NCBI RefSeq assembly: GCF_009914755.1
Contig: NC_060939.1
Direction: 5' to 3' (one strand)
Source of the DNA: the human T2T-CHM13v2.0 reference genome, Homo sapiens
Length of the DNA stretch: 64,000 nucleotides
Under the pieces are notes generated by a model. That model made no database searches. It was not told the origin of the DNA and worked only from the letters and a program-made list of their open reading frames with translations. Position numbers and translations under genes: made by a program. Position 1 is the stretch's first letter. Every line of letters starts with the position of its first letter. Positions 1 through 16,034 of this stretch are shown here, piece after piece.

Positions 1-908
1 TGAAAATGCAGATTAAAACAACAATGAGCTATCTCTACACACCTACTAAAATGGCCAAAATCTTGAACACTGACAACACCAAATGTTGACAGGAATGTGA
101 AATGACAGGAACTCTCATTTCTTGCTGGTGGGAATGCAAAATGGTACAGCCACTTTGGAGGACAATTTGGCTGTTTCTTAAAAAATGAAACATATTCTTA
201 CTATACAGTCTAATTGGGCTTCTTGGTATTTACCCAAAGAAGCTGAAAACTTATGTCCACACAAAACCAGCACACGAATGTTCATACCAGCTTTATACAT
301 AATTGCAAAAACGTGGAAGTAATCAAGATGTTCTTTAGTAGTGAATGGAAAAATAAACGGTGGCACATCCAGACAATGGAATATGATTCAGTGCTAGAAT
401 AAATAAGCTGTCAAGCCATGAAAAGACATGGAGGAACCTTAAATGCATATTACTAAGTGAAAGAAGCCAATATAAAAAGGTTACATGCTGTTTGATTCCA
501 ACTGTATGACATCCTGGAACAGGCAAAACAATGAAGACAATAAGATTAGTGGTTGCCTGCCAGGGGCTGGTGGGAGGATATGGGAGGAATGAATGGGCAG
601 AACACAGAGGATTTTTAAGGCAGCGAAAATACTCTGTATGATGCTATAATGATGGATACATGTCTTTATACATTTGTCCAAACCCATAGAATGTACAACA
701 GCAAGAGTGAACCCTAGTAAACTATGAATTTTGGGTGATCATGATGTGTCCATGTAAGTTCAACAGTTATAATAAAGATACCACGTTAGTGGGGAATGTT
801 TGTTGATAATGGGGGAGGCTATGCATGTGTGGGTGTAGGGGGTATATGGGAAATCTCTGTCTTCTGTAGATTTTGCTATGAACCTAAAACTGCTCTTAAA
901 AAATAAAA
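1..908 (+). mobile_element. Old L1 3' end (L1MC-like)
   Basis: Degenerate ORF2 C-terminal sequence (ttaaaacaacaatgag..., ggtgggaatgcaaaatggtacagccactttgg) and L1MC-type 3' UTR ending aactgctcttaaaaaataaaa. Confidence 0.8.
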
Positions 909-936
909 TATATGTATATATATATATTTTTTTTGA

Positions 937-1276
<340 letters not shown>

Positions 1277-2529
1277 TAAAATCTTTTGAAAAAAGTCAGC
1301 GTCAGTGAAAAAATAAATGAATAAATTCTACAAAAAAAAAAAAAAAAAAAAAAAGAAAAGAAAGAGAAATGTGTGGAGGGGAGAAACCTAGGGTAAGGAA
1401 AGCCTATCAGTGTAGGGTGCTTTCTGCTGCAAGTGGTAGTGAACTGTAAGTGTAGATTGTTTCATATAGTCTAACCTCCCCACGTTCTTAGGGATGCCCT
1501 GAAAAAGCACTGAGTGAGAGACCGAGCAGCTTGAATATTGGCCTTGACTCATTACTTTCCTCACCTTTCCAAATCCCATTTCCCCATCCGAAGACAGAAG
1601 GGTATAGCCTAACTTCCGTAAGGTATAACCAGGTTCTAAAAGTCCAGAAATCAATACAGGCTGAGATGAAAATTTGTAGAATGTTGCAGAGGGACTTAGG
1701 AGAAATTTTGTATTTAGGGCCGATGGATAACCTAGGCCTCTTGTGGGTGGGTAAGGGTTCATCCAGAAGTGGGAGAAACTAGTTCCTTACTTTGCAATTA
1801 AGTTCAAAGCCTCAAATTGACCTTGGCTTTTTGCAATAGGCTAAAGGAAGTTATCTCCATAGTGTTCAATGACTATTTGTCTCCTGCCCTCTTCCTAAGG
1901 CGAATCCTTCCTTCCATGTGGAAGACCACCCCACACAGAGAAAACAGTGATGCACTTCTGATTTACAAATGCAAACACAGGCCTACTTCAAGACTTCCTT
2001 TAAAAGGTTTATTTAAAAAAATGTAAAAATACATTTGCATAGCATAATTTTACAAAGACTGTAGTAGACTGCAGTCACCAAATTAAAAATAAAAATATTA
2101 TTTGCTTATTGAAATTAAGTTTGATTTGAGGCTGTTTCCATTTACAGACTCACATATCAAAATAGTAGCTTAATCAAAGATTAGTTTAATGCAAATATTT
2201 GGCATCCTACCAGAAATACCATAAGGCTATTGTCAAATCAGTTAAATTTCTGTTACAAGCAGCAAGGGTGGCCATCTGCTGTGGTTGGCAAAGAAATTAA
2301 CATATTTCAAGATGCAAACACATCTCAGCCTCCCCTTACAGATCTCTAAGCAGGCGTCTTGGCTATATACAATTTGGGTCTGATATCTAGTCTTTAAACT
2401 GATATCCAATGTCTTTAGGCCAGAGATATCAGATAACGAATGTTTTATTTATTTGCTATTATGAAGGACAACAATTTCTTAGCTTAATGTTATGTGCCTT
2501 CTTGAGAAAACCTGTCTGAGAATCATTAA

Positions 2530-2930
2530 CATTAATTCAATTCAGCAAACGAGGATTGTGCCCTTGCTATAAACAAGTCATTGGGCTTTGTGCTTTGATG
2601 GACACAATGAAAGGGGCCTTTAAGGAGCTTCTGGTTTAATGGGGGACGTGGATACATACGTATTTGCCCGTACAAGGCAAAATACTATCATAGAAGCCTG
2701 AATCAAGTGCCACCAGAGTCTTCTTGCTCTAGGCAGGGATTGGCAAGGGCTTCCCCTCAGATGGCATTTGTGGATTTTGAAGGAAAAGTATTTTTTAAAG
2801 AGCAGGGGACAGCCTGTGTGAGTCTGAGAGGCATAGCATTATGTGCTTTATTCAGGAAACAGCAAGTCGTTCTGTTTGGCTAGGTAGAAGACATTTTCTA
2901 AGATGAGGCTCACAAAGTTGTTGGGGAACA
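2530..2930 (-). mobile_element. L2 fragment
   Basis: attcaattcagcaaa... start and aaggagctt...tgggg motifs typical of a degenerate L2 3' end. Confidence 0.4.
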
Positions 2931-3883
2931 GAGTGGGATTTATTATGTTTGGCCTGACTTTGACTCCCCTTCTTCTGGAGACAGCACCCTGATTTTCCTT
3001 TAGGGGAACTATGCCTGCCCTCTTCTCAGCTCACATGACTTGAAGGAATCGATTGTGCATTGCTGTAAATACCCTCCAAAGGGGCTTGGATTTTGAGTTA
3101 CATCTTCTAAATGGGAATCATAACAAAGCTGCTTTTTAATGAAAAAAATGTTCAAATGTATATAGACAGAAATAAAAAACAATACAAAATCCCAATTAAT
3201 CCCCATAAACCCATTCCCAGATTAAACAATTAGCAAGATTTTATAAGACATTCTTCCTCTCTCCTCCCCTCTCTCTCTTATCAAAGTATTTCAGAGTAAA
3301 TCCTGGACAGCCCGTGTTTTTCCCCTTCCATATATTTCAGTATGCATCTCTAAAAATTATGGACATTTTCTCACAAACAAAATACCATTATTAACCTAAT
3401 GATTCCTTGGTATCAGTGAATAAGCCAGTCCTTATTCAAATTTCCTGATTACCTCGAAATTGTCTTTTTAAGCTGGATTGTTTAAATCATGTTCTAAACA
3501 AGGTCCACACATATCGTGTAGCTTTTATAACTCTTAAATCTATCTTAATCCAGAGCAGCCCTCCTCATCCCACTTTTCTTCCTTTATGCCATTGATTTAT
3601 TGAAGGAAGCATGTCAGTTATCCCCTAGAATACTACCAAATATGAATTGGTTTGGTTCCTCCCCTGGGGTGTTATTTAAATTTTCCCTTTATTTCTTGTA
3701 AATTAAAATTACTCAATGCCTGCTTGTTTCACACTTAGTAATGCTAATGCACACTGTAAAATTTTCTATCCACCTATTGGTTTCATCCATTGATAGTCTT
3801 TGCCTGAATTGTCTATTTCATTGGGTCTCACAAAGTGGTGATTTTCTAATTTTGTCATTCTCTTCACACTTACTACCTGGAAC

Positions 3884-4388
<505 letters not shown>

Positions 4389-4795
4389 TGGAATCTTTCA
4401 TTAAAGAAAAATTTCCCTGTGTCAAAGTATTTGGTTATCCTAAAAACAGTTGATATAGAGAAAAGGCAAATTTTCTAATAATTGCCCATTTCTAGGATAC
4501 CACTTCTCTTTTTAAAAATAACCTTTCAAAACGGCAAAATGTAACAGATAGAAAAAGCCACATAGAACAAATTACCTTAACAAATTATTGTAAGCAAACA
4601 CCCTTGTGACCACCATCTAGGTGAGGGAACAGCACTGTGGTAGCCACCCCAGAAGCCCTCTGTGTGTCCATTTATTCTTTTATGGTAATCATTTATTTGC
4701 TTTTCTTCATGATTTGATCAATCAAGTGTGCATCCATAAACATTTTAGTTTGGTTTCACCTATTTAATATGAAATTTCACATAACTTTTAGTTAA

Positions 4796-5096
<301 letters not shown>

Positions 5097-5233
5097 ACAT
5101 AACTTTTTAAGTGTCTTTTAATCTACAGGTTCCTCTTCCATTGCGTTTCATTTTCTTGAAATTGGACTGTTTGCTCTGTAGAGTTTCTCAGACTCTGATT
5201 TTACTAATTGTACCCCCATGATACAGTGTATCC

Positions 5234-6069
<836 letters not shown>

Positions 6070-6106
6070 TTATGTCATTCCTTCCTCATTCATTAGATAG
6101 AATATT

Positions 6107-6410
6107 TCTTTTCCTTTTCTTTTCTTTTCTTTTCTTTTTTTCTTTCTTTTTTTGAGACAGAATCTTGCTCTTGTCACCCAGGCTGGAGAGCAATGGTGCG
6201 ATCTTGGCTCACTGCAACCTCCGCCTCCCAGGTTCAAGCAATTCTCCTGCCTCAGCCGCCGAGTAGCTGGGGTTACAGGTGCGCACCAACACGCCCAGCT
6301 AATTTTTGTATTTTTTATTAGAGACGGGGTTTCACCATGCTGACCAGGCTGGTCTTGAACTTCTGGCCTCAAGTAATCTACCCATCTCGGCCTCCCAAAG
6401 TGCTGGGATG
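6107..6410 (-). mobile_element. AluS (5' truncated)
   Basis: (CTTTT)n tail followed by an antisense dimer. Confidence 0.93.
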
Positions 6411-7369
6411 CTAGAATATTTATAACTAGAGCATCCCCCCTTATCTATTATTTCGTTATCCAGTGGTCCAGCTCACAAAGGAAAGGCAGGATAAATATTT
6501 GTTTCTTTCTCTTTATCAATTAAAATAAGTTGGTTACCTATCATCCTCAAAAGGTGAGCAGTTAATTTTTTAGGATCATTAAAACTCATAGACTTAAACA
6601 TATTTTAAGTGTTTTGATCTGCTGAAGTTATCATCCTTATTGAGCTTACATTGTCCCATCTGTGTCCAGTGGCAGCTTCTGCAAGTTGGCTCTTGAGTCT
6701 TTTTGACATGACCTCTATAGTCTTTGGAAGCTTCCTTGCTATTGTACACCAAGATGTTCCATGAGTTCATGCTGATACTTGGAATTCAAAGTCAGGACTG
6801 CAGAGTTTTTACTTAAAACTTCTTTCTTACACAGGCATAGCCTTTCTTCTGAGAGTCCAGGTTCTCAGGGACCTAAGAAATATAAAACTAGAATATCACA
6901 CAATTAGTTTGCATTGTCTTACATTACATATACAACAGTCTCAGTGAAATCACCTATTTTATCAACACACATCTTATTGAAAAAGTTAAAAAATTATTTG
7001 CATAGGCACTTTCCACGTTCTTTAGTTGTATGTACATTTTCAGATGATATGTCCAGTACATAGTATATACTCTCTCCTCTTTAACCTCATGTAGTCTTAG
7101 TTTTACAATAGGTATTTAATGCTCAATGCCAGGCCTTAGGTTGACTTCTCTCTAGTCATTTGGATGTCCAAAATTTGTTGTCTAGAAAATTCCTAGGAAA
7201 TGTGCAAGAAAACAATATAGAATGCCTGTGTCTCACAGTGTTTCCCACAGAGGATGGTGTCAAACTTAGATTTTTGCCAACCTAAGTGAGAAGTGGTATC
7301 TTGGTGTAGTTTTAATTGTATTTCTCTTATTATGAGTCAGACTGAACATTTTTTTTTTTCATGTCTAAG

Positions 7370-7968
7370 TGTTACTGGAAAGGAGTCCTGATCCAGACCC
7401 CAAGAGAGGGCTCGTGAAAGAAAGAATTAGGGGTGAGTCCATAGGGTAAAGTGAAAGTAAGTTTATTGAAGTAAAGAAAGAATAGCACTCCATAGACAGA
7501 GCAGGGTATTCCCAAAAGCAAGAGGAGGAACATGTTCGCCTTTGGTGCCATGCTTGTTTGTACATAAGATAACAAAGCAAAAAATCATGGGGAGATGTAT
7601 TCTACTACAAGGGTTTGTCACAAAAGATTGCTAATCTTTGTATAACTGCTGTCTTCTGCGATAATCTATATTATTATGTTGAAAGCAAAACTTATTCTTA
7701 AACTAAAAGTGCTTTTGTTTTTAAGATATTGGGACACCAGGACATTTCCTGGGTCTGTTATATCCTGGGTCTGTTAAGTCCTGGGTCAATTCAGTAAACA
7801 TTATTAACGTGTTCCTTTAACATTATTAACCTATTTCTTTTAACCGTAAACATCCTTTGGCTATGAATGGCTAACCTGTTGGGAATGTGGCCCAGCAGGT
7901 CTCAGCTTCATTTTACCCAGCCAGTCCATGTTCAAGATGGAGTTGCTCTGGTTTGAACACCTCTTACA
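7370..7968 (-). mobile_element. ERV1 solo LTR, MER41 family
   Basis: TG...CA ends. Termini tgttactggaaaggagtcctgatccagaccccaagagaggg and ttcaagatggagttgctctggtttgaacacctcttaca match MER41. Confidence 0.85.
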
Positions 7969-8461
7969 CAATGACCATTTCTTTTTCTGTGAGCTGTCTG
8001 TTAATATCCTTTACCCATTTTTCTATTAGATTTTGGCCTTCTGCCTCCCACCATTTTAGGACTTCTTTCCATATTAGGGATATTACCCCTAATACGAATA
8101 TAAAGGGGTATGTATGTGATATAAGTTGCAATATCTCTTCCTAGTTTGTCATTTGTTGCCTGACATTACTTATAGGGCCTTTTTGCCATGTGACGCTATA
8201 TGTAATACCTTGTTGGGCTAGCTCTTCAGACACTCCTTTCTTTTCGGATTTTTTGGGCTATACTTATCTGTGTTCTCATTTTAAATGTATATCCAATTTT
8301 CCAAGCTCTAGAAAAGAATTGGCATTTTTGTGGGAATCATGTTAAATGTATTAATTAACTTACGGGGCATTGATGTCTTTACGATGTTGACTCTTCTCAT
8401 CTAAGTACGTTTTCCTGTTCCATTTGCTCTGGTCTACCTTGGACCTTTCAGTGAAAGAGGC

Positions 8462-8756
8462 TTTTGTTTTTTTTGAGACGGAGTCTCACTCTGTCGCCCA
8501 GGCTAGAGTGTGATGGCATGATCTTGGCTCACTGCAGCCTCCGCCTCCCGAGTTCAATTGATTCTCCTGGCTCAGCCTCCTGAGTAGCTGGGATTACAGG
8601 CGCCCACCACTGTGCCCGGCTAATTTTTATAATTTTAGTAGAGACGGGGTTTCACCATGTCGGCCAGGCTGGTCTCTAACTCCTGACCTCATGTGATCCA
8701 CCTGCCTCGGCCTCCCAAAGTGCTGGGATTACAGGTGTGAAACATTGTACCCAGCC
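8462..8756 (-). mobile_element. AluS
   Basis: Antisense dimer. Confidence 0.95.
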
Positions 8757-8861
8757 AGTAGAAGTGTTTTAAAGGTGTTCTTTATATAAATTTTATATAT
8801 TTCTTAAGTTCATGCTTGGATATTTTATCTTTTTTGTTATTAGCATAAAAAGGGTCTTCTC

Positions 8862-9448
8862 GACAGTGTGGTGATTACTCAAGGATCTAGAACTAGAAAT
8901 ATCATTTAACCCAGCCATCCCATTACTGGGCATATACCCAAAGGACTATAAATCATGCTGCTATAAAGACACATGCACACGTATGTTTACTGTAGCACTA
9001 TTCACGATAGCAAAGACTTGGAACCAACCCAAATGTCCATCAATGATAGACTGGATTAAGAAAATGTGGCACATATACACCATGGAATACTATGCAGCTA
9101 TAAAAAATGACGAGTTCATGTCCTTTGTAGGGACATGGATGAAGCTGGAAACCATCATTCTCAGCAAACTATCTCAAGGACAGAAAACCAAACACCGCAT
9201 GTTCTGACTTATAGGCGGAACTTGAACAATGAGAACACTTGGACACAGGGTGGGGAACATCACACACTGGGGCCTGTCGTGGGGTGGCAGAAGGAGGGAG
9301 GGATAGCATTAGGAGATATACATGATATAGATGACAAGTTAATGGGTGCAGCACACCAACATGACACATGTATACATATGTAACAAACCTGCACGTTGTG
9401 CACATGTACCATAGAATTTAAAGTATAATAATGATAAAAAATAATAAT
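8862..9448 (+). mobile_element. 5'-truncated L1PA 3' end with TSD
   Basis: ORF2 C-terminus ([20 protein letters not shown]...) plus 3' UTR. TSD aaagg(g/a)tcttctc at 8849-8861 and 9449-9461. Confidence 0.93.
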
Positions 9449-9735
9449 AAAGGATCTTCTCTTGCGTTGTATCTTCTAACTAGTTATTGCTTATATCTAT
9501 GAAGGCTATTGACTTCTGAATATCAAAGGCTTTTGAGTTAAGGACTACTATGATGGCATTGTACAGAAATTATTACAGAAGTTATAAATAATTTGGTATT
9601 TCAAATGAGAAATTCATCCATCAACCAAGGCAGGGTCAGGAAGGAAAGGAAGAAACAAATAGATATGTATTTCAAAGGTATGGGACTTAGAAACTCATTT
9701 GATGTTGAGGAAAGGGTGAAGGAAAGGGCATGTGA

Positions 9736-10071
<336 letters not shown>

Positions 10072-11107
10072 TAGGAAGCGGAGAAGGTTGGAGAAAAAGA
10101 GAAGGTGTGTCAGTTTGGGCATTTAGATTTTAAGACTGGAAGTAAATAGAGAGGTCAAATGTGAAAATTTAGATTTGGAGGCCATCAATAGAGCTGTAGG
10201 AGTTTCTGAAATGACTAGGGAGAGAAAGTAGAATAATAAGAGAAGAACCAATGACAGAATGTCAAAGAATTTTTATATTTAAATAATAGGTAGAGGAAGC
10301 TGGTCCCTGAAAGAGTCCAAGAATGAAGGATCTGAGAGGTAGCAGGTGAATGAGAATACAAAGTCATAGAAACCAAACGAACAGGGACTTGGCTTATCAA
10401 TTATGAAATTACCAGTACTTCTTAAGGCAGCAATCTCAGAACTGTTATGAAGATGAGCTAAGACTATGAAGGATTCAGTAAAGAGATATGTTAACTAGGA
10501 ATGGGTTTGTGGTAGGAAATTTATACTGTGTGTTTCAAACACGTGAAGTCCAAATACAAGAGATCTCGTGATTCAAATAATCTATGTTAAACAAATATGC
10601 TCAGATATAGCTTGGCTTAAATTAAAATGGTTACTAACACTTATTTCTTGTTTATTGCCATTAATTCAAAGTTCAGTGCCTTTCTGAATATGGATTTATA
10701 CTTTACCTTCTGACACATGTGTATGTGGTGGGGGTAGAAGGAGGCTTCAGGTAAAATATAACATTTAAGTGCTAAAAAGGACAATAATTTTTCCCACTCT
10801 CAGATAAATGTCTGTTCTTTCACACAGGTATTTATGATAATGATAACCTCTTAGACTTAGGGTTTACAACATATTGTCATATTTCACAGAGACTCACAAG
10901 ATTCTGGGAAGTAACTAGGACAGGGATCATTATTTCTTAAAGTGCAGAGACGGTAGAAGAATGATAGAACCGGGTCCAGATCTAAGATGTTCTTGACTCC
11001 TAGCCTATAGGCATATGTTATGAGTCAGGGTGGAGTGTAGAAAATGTTTATTCTAGGTATTTTAAACAGAAAAGGATTTAATGCAGAGGTTTAAGTGCTT
11101 ATAAATA

Positions 11108-11737
<630 letters not shown>

Positions 11738-12647
11738 TAAGTGGAAAAACAGGCTTTAGACTACCTCCAGAAATGACTCCTGGAACAATATGGTTGAGCT
11801 GATTATCAGGGGAATCACCCATGTGTTTGTCTCTGAAATTACTGCAGAGAGCAGGAAGCCACACTAGGAAGTTGCTGATACTGTTGGTACCATCACTGCA
11901 CCACTTGACCACCTCTAGACATTCACAAAATTGGTGATTTGGCACTGGAACATGGACCTTCAAACCTAAGAATCACAAGAATAGACTTTAGAACACTGCT
12001 GCTAAGAAACTCTCCATGAGCTTGCTTGCAAGAAAAAGTCACCAAAAAGAAGTAGGAAGATGGATTCTGCTTCAATTTTTTTCCTTCAGATCTTTCAATA
12101 ACAAATCTAATAGATGAAATGTAATTCATATTCATAACTTAGCTGTGAGGAAGTCTAGAAAATGTGGTTTTTTGGCTTTCCTGCCCCTTCATACAAGGAG
12201 GAAGCTGGAACAGAAATTGAGCAAGCCAATCTACATTTGCCACAGCAAACTTAGTGTGTGTTCATTCAAAATGTTGGCAAAAATAATGAACAGGCCAGAA
12301 CCATGTGGCACAGCACTAGAAATGGTTGCCAGATGGATATCATTACTAATATTCAAGTAAGTTTGAATGGTTATAATTGGTCACGGTTATAACTGGCAGA
12401 GCTGAGACTTAAACCTAGGTCTGACCAGAATGCTATATTGCCTTTCAATTTGATCAGCAGCTCAGAATTCATCTACTCTTATTTCTGTCTCCCCCAATCC
12501 CCAAAGCTATGAAAGGGTATTTTTCTAGGATCCTCTCCTGATTTACCAATCCCAATGAAAATGAGATGCAGTTTGCCATTGGGGCATCCATGATGTTTTT
12601 GGCAATCACCATGTGACTCTAACATTCCCTACTCCTGCTTAAAGCTA

Positions 12648-13134
12648 TGTTGGCTAGAATTTGGATTTGTGTTGAGTGACAGAGACTCAAAATAAGACTC
12701 AAAATAAATGTGAGTTAAACCAGAAAGACATTTATTTCTCTCATGTAAAACACATCCAGAGGTAAGCAGTCAGGACTAGTTGGGCATCTTCCCTTCCAAA
12801 GTCATCATGCCCTGGGCTCCTTGTATCTTGTTGCTCAATCATCCTCAGCATGTGTCTTTAACATGAAGTCCAGGAGGGCTGCTTGAGTTCTAGCCATCAC
12901 ATTTGCATTCCAGCCAGCAGAGAGGAAGGACAAGAACACTGCAAAGAAGTAGCACCCAAACCTTTTGGTTACATCTCTTTGAGTACTTGGTAAGTGTCTC
13001 CACTTAACTGCAAGAGAAGTTGGCAGATGCAGCCTTTTGGTCAGATGGCTGTGTGCTCAGCTAAAAATCAAGGACTTTTACAGTAAAGAAGAAGGGGAGA
13101 ATGCATACTACTGGTAAGTATCCGCCTCTGCTAT
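12648..13134 (-). mobile_element. MaLR LTR (MLT1 family)
   Basis: Minus strand reads gagagaAATAAAtgtctttctggtttaactcac, the MLT1 poly(A) region. Also ccatcacatttgcattccagccagcag motif. Confidence 0.7.
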
Positions 13135-14419
13135 AGTGACCTCATTGCATCCTGCAAAGACATTCACTGTGTCTTTTTCATTATATTGCAAAATTTCAAA
13201 ATGGCAGGTGTCTTCTCTAGCACCTTGTACAGAGACTGACATATTTTAGGCACTTTATCATCTGTTAAAAAAAAAGTCCCATTTTTATTTTGATGACATT
13301 TTAAGTGATTTAAACATAAATATGACTAGAGTATACCTGTATGAAATATGCTTGAAAAGCTGTGTGGAAAACAAAATTTTGTTTTTAAATCTTCATTCTC
13401 CTAATACATCAGGGTATTTCTATGGAGAGAAGGGAGGGAAAAGGATTCAAGTAATTTGGAGGAAAATTACAAACTACAGGTAAATCTAAAAGCAATAAAA
13501 ATGAAAAAGAATTGTTGACATATAAGGATGGGAGGTTAAATAAAGAACTCCACAAAAATCAAACTCAATTCTAAATTTAAAACCAGAATGAAAATTTCAA
13601 AGAAGCAACCAGATCATACAACTGCAGTAGGTACACTGTGAACACATATCTTAAGTATAGCATAATGGTATGAAGTGGGATTTGAAATTAAGATAATCCT
13701 GGCTCTTCCTGTTATTATGTTACCTCCACCAGTTAATCTCTGAAGTAAAATTTTCTCACCTGAAAAATAATACTCGCTAAAAATTGTTACAATGAGGACA
13801 TGAGAATATATGCAAACTAACACTGGGTCTAATGCAAAGAAATACTCTATATACCACAGTAATATCACTCTCATGATATATTTTATTTATATGACTCTCT
13901 TCTCCTCTCCAAGAATTAAGTACTTCTTAAAAATCAAATCTTGAAAAATGTAGTCTTTTTGTTTTGTTCTTTTTTCTAAGCAGATTATAGCAACAAGACT
14001 GGCATACATATTTTTAAAATTTCAGATGATGCAATATTAATAAGTGATCCCATCCATAAATTTATAACTTTAATTATTTAAAAATTCATTTATAACAATG
14101 CATGTCAAAATAAATCTGTACTTCAGATTTAACAAAATAAAAAGTTTGGTCTTTTCTTATGCTGTAGGAGCTGAGGCAACTTGCATTTGTGATACTCAAT
14201 AATACCTGATTTTTCAGCTCATAGGGGGAAGGCAAGATACCAGTTAACAGTTAGCACCAGTAAACTTAGTTCGGCAGATTTCAAATTCTTATTTTTTCTT
14301 CTACATAGTGTAGTATACATACTGTTGGCACTTAACAAAGAACATGTACTTAACTCTTTATGATTGTAAGCCCCTCAAAGGTGGGTACAAGATCTTACTC
14401 ATCTTACCTAGCTATTTTT

Positions 14420-14958
14420 TGCAGTGACCACTACTGGTTGCCTCCCAAAGAGCAAGTCCCTAATATCTTCCCTAGGTGATGGAACTCATTTAAGATGAAT
14501 GACCACATGCTCCAGGAAATGGGCCCCCCCTCCTACCTATAAAGCATTAATTAAGGATCTAAGCTAAGTAATTGGCCTTAGGATGAGCCTTTGTTTAATA
14601 CAATGAGACTAACAGTGTGTGTGTATGGAGTGCTTAATGGAAGATTCTGAGATTTTTTTTTCTCTCTGATAAAAGGCTAAGAACTGCTCTTACTATCCTG
14701 CTTGGGATGTTATGAGGGTATAACATCTGAGCTGTGGCAGCCATCTTGTGACTATGAGGTAATAGACACAGCAAAGCAAAGCTGAAGATGATGGAACAGA
14801 AACACAAACAGGATCTGGTGCCTGTAAACAATGAACCATTGAATGAACCCTTGAACCTCCTATCTCCACTATTATTAAGCTAAAAGTAAGTGTCCTTATG
14901 GTTTAAGCCAGTGTTGGGTTTTCAATTACTTGAAACCAAAATCACCTCAGGTGTTACA
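14420..14958 (+). mobile_element. MaLR LTR (MLT1 family)
   Basis: gcagccatcttgtgactatgagg and ccttatggtttaagccagtgttgggttttcaattacttg...aca MLT1 motifs. Confidence 0.7.
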
Positions 14959-15856
14959 CAGTATTTTCACCCCCAGAATTTCTTACTGGTTGACTCTATG
15001 CACTGGTTCTTATGTTTGCCTGCTCTGACATTTTACCCTTCCATGTCATTGAGCACTGAGGATCCTAACATACTAATTTTATAGTATTATCTAGGTAGTT
15101 CATTACTTTCATTTTCTCTTGAGTGACTGATTGCCTTTCTTGGGATTAGTTTCATTTTCTTCAAGTACTTTTGAATTTTGATCTGCAGGCTCAGCTTTCA
15201 TGGGAGCCTTCCTGCTCTTTACCTCTCCCTTCCTAATCTCCACTCCTTTCCTTTTGTAATTGCTTCTACCACCTGTTCAAACTGAGGGCTCCAGATCTAT
15301 GGTGATAGTGGAACTATCACAGATCTACAAAGATCTATGTAAACAGAGGAGTAGGCTGTTTGAGAAGATCTGTCTACAATATATAGTCCCTGGCACTGGT
15401 TGTTGTTGCTTCTCAGTTTCAAGAGTGAGGAAACTCCATTCAAGACCCTGGTTTCATTACTTTGCAGGAGCTGACATTTCTGGCTACTTCGGCCTGCTTC
15501 CAGACCTGTAGCCCAGCTTCTGGCTTACAAATTCATTACACTTATCAGTTTGTTATTTCTGGTACCTGGAAATGTCTATACTGCTTTTGAACACAGCTAT
15601 GCTTAAAATTTTCTCATTTTCTATTCAGAGCTCCAGAAATATACTTACCTAGGTACTCCATAGGCTAACATTTAAACACTATGTGAAAGAGAAAAAGATG
15701 GCTTTTTGGACAACATAAAGTTCTATGCCATGCACCATTCATTGGTAATAATCTTAAGTGAACAACAGAGTTTTGATGAATGAACTAAGATCTGTGTATT
15801 CTTCTGGATTAATAGCACACAGCAGATCAGCAGCACTGTTCTGCCTTCTGCTCATT

Positions 15857-16034
15857 TTTATTCACTCCCTAAAGTTAATGACATCAAAGGAAGAATAACA
15901 TTGGGTCTGTTTACAAAATGTGTTGCCTATATAAAATATGTCCCATAAAACACCTTCAGATCCAGTCAGTTTAATATAAAATGTTTTTAATTGTTTTTGA
16001 AAACATTTAAAAAACAATTTTTGAGCACTTTAAT
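15857..16034 (-). terminator. Cluster of candidate RFX7 polyadenylation signals
   Basis: Three ATTAAA and one AATAAA on the minus strand within 180 bp, near the end of the repeat-free UTR block. Confidence 0.5.

Noticed and set aside
7370-7968. MER41 as an interferon-inducible STAT1 enhancer
   Set aside because: I found no intact TTCNNNGAA GAS motif in this copy (nearest is ttcccaaaa).
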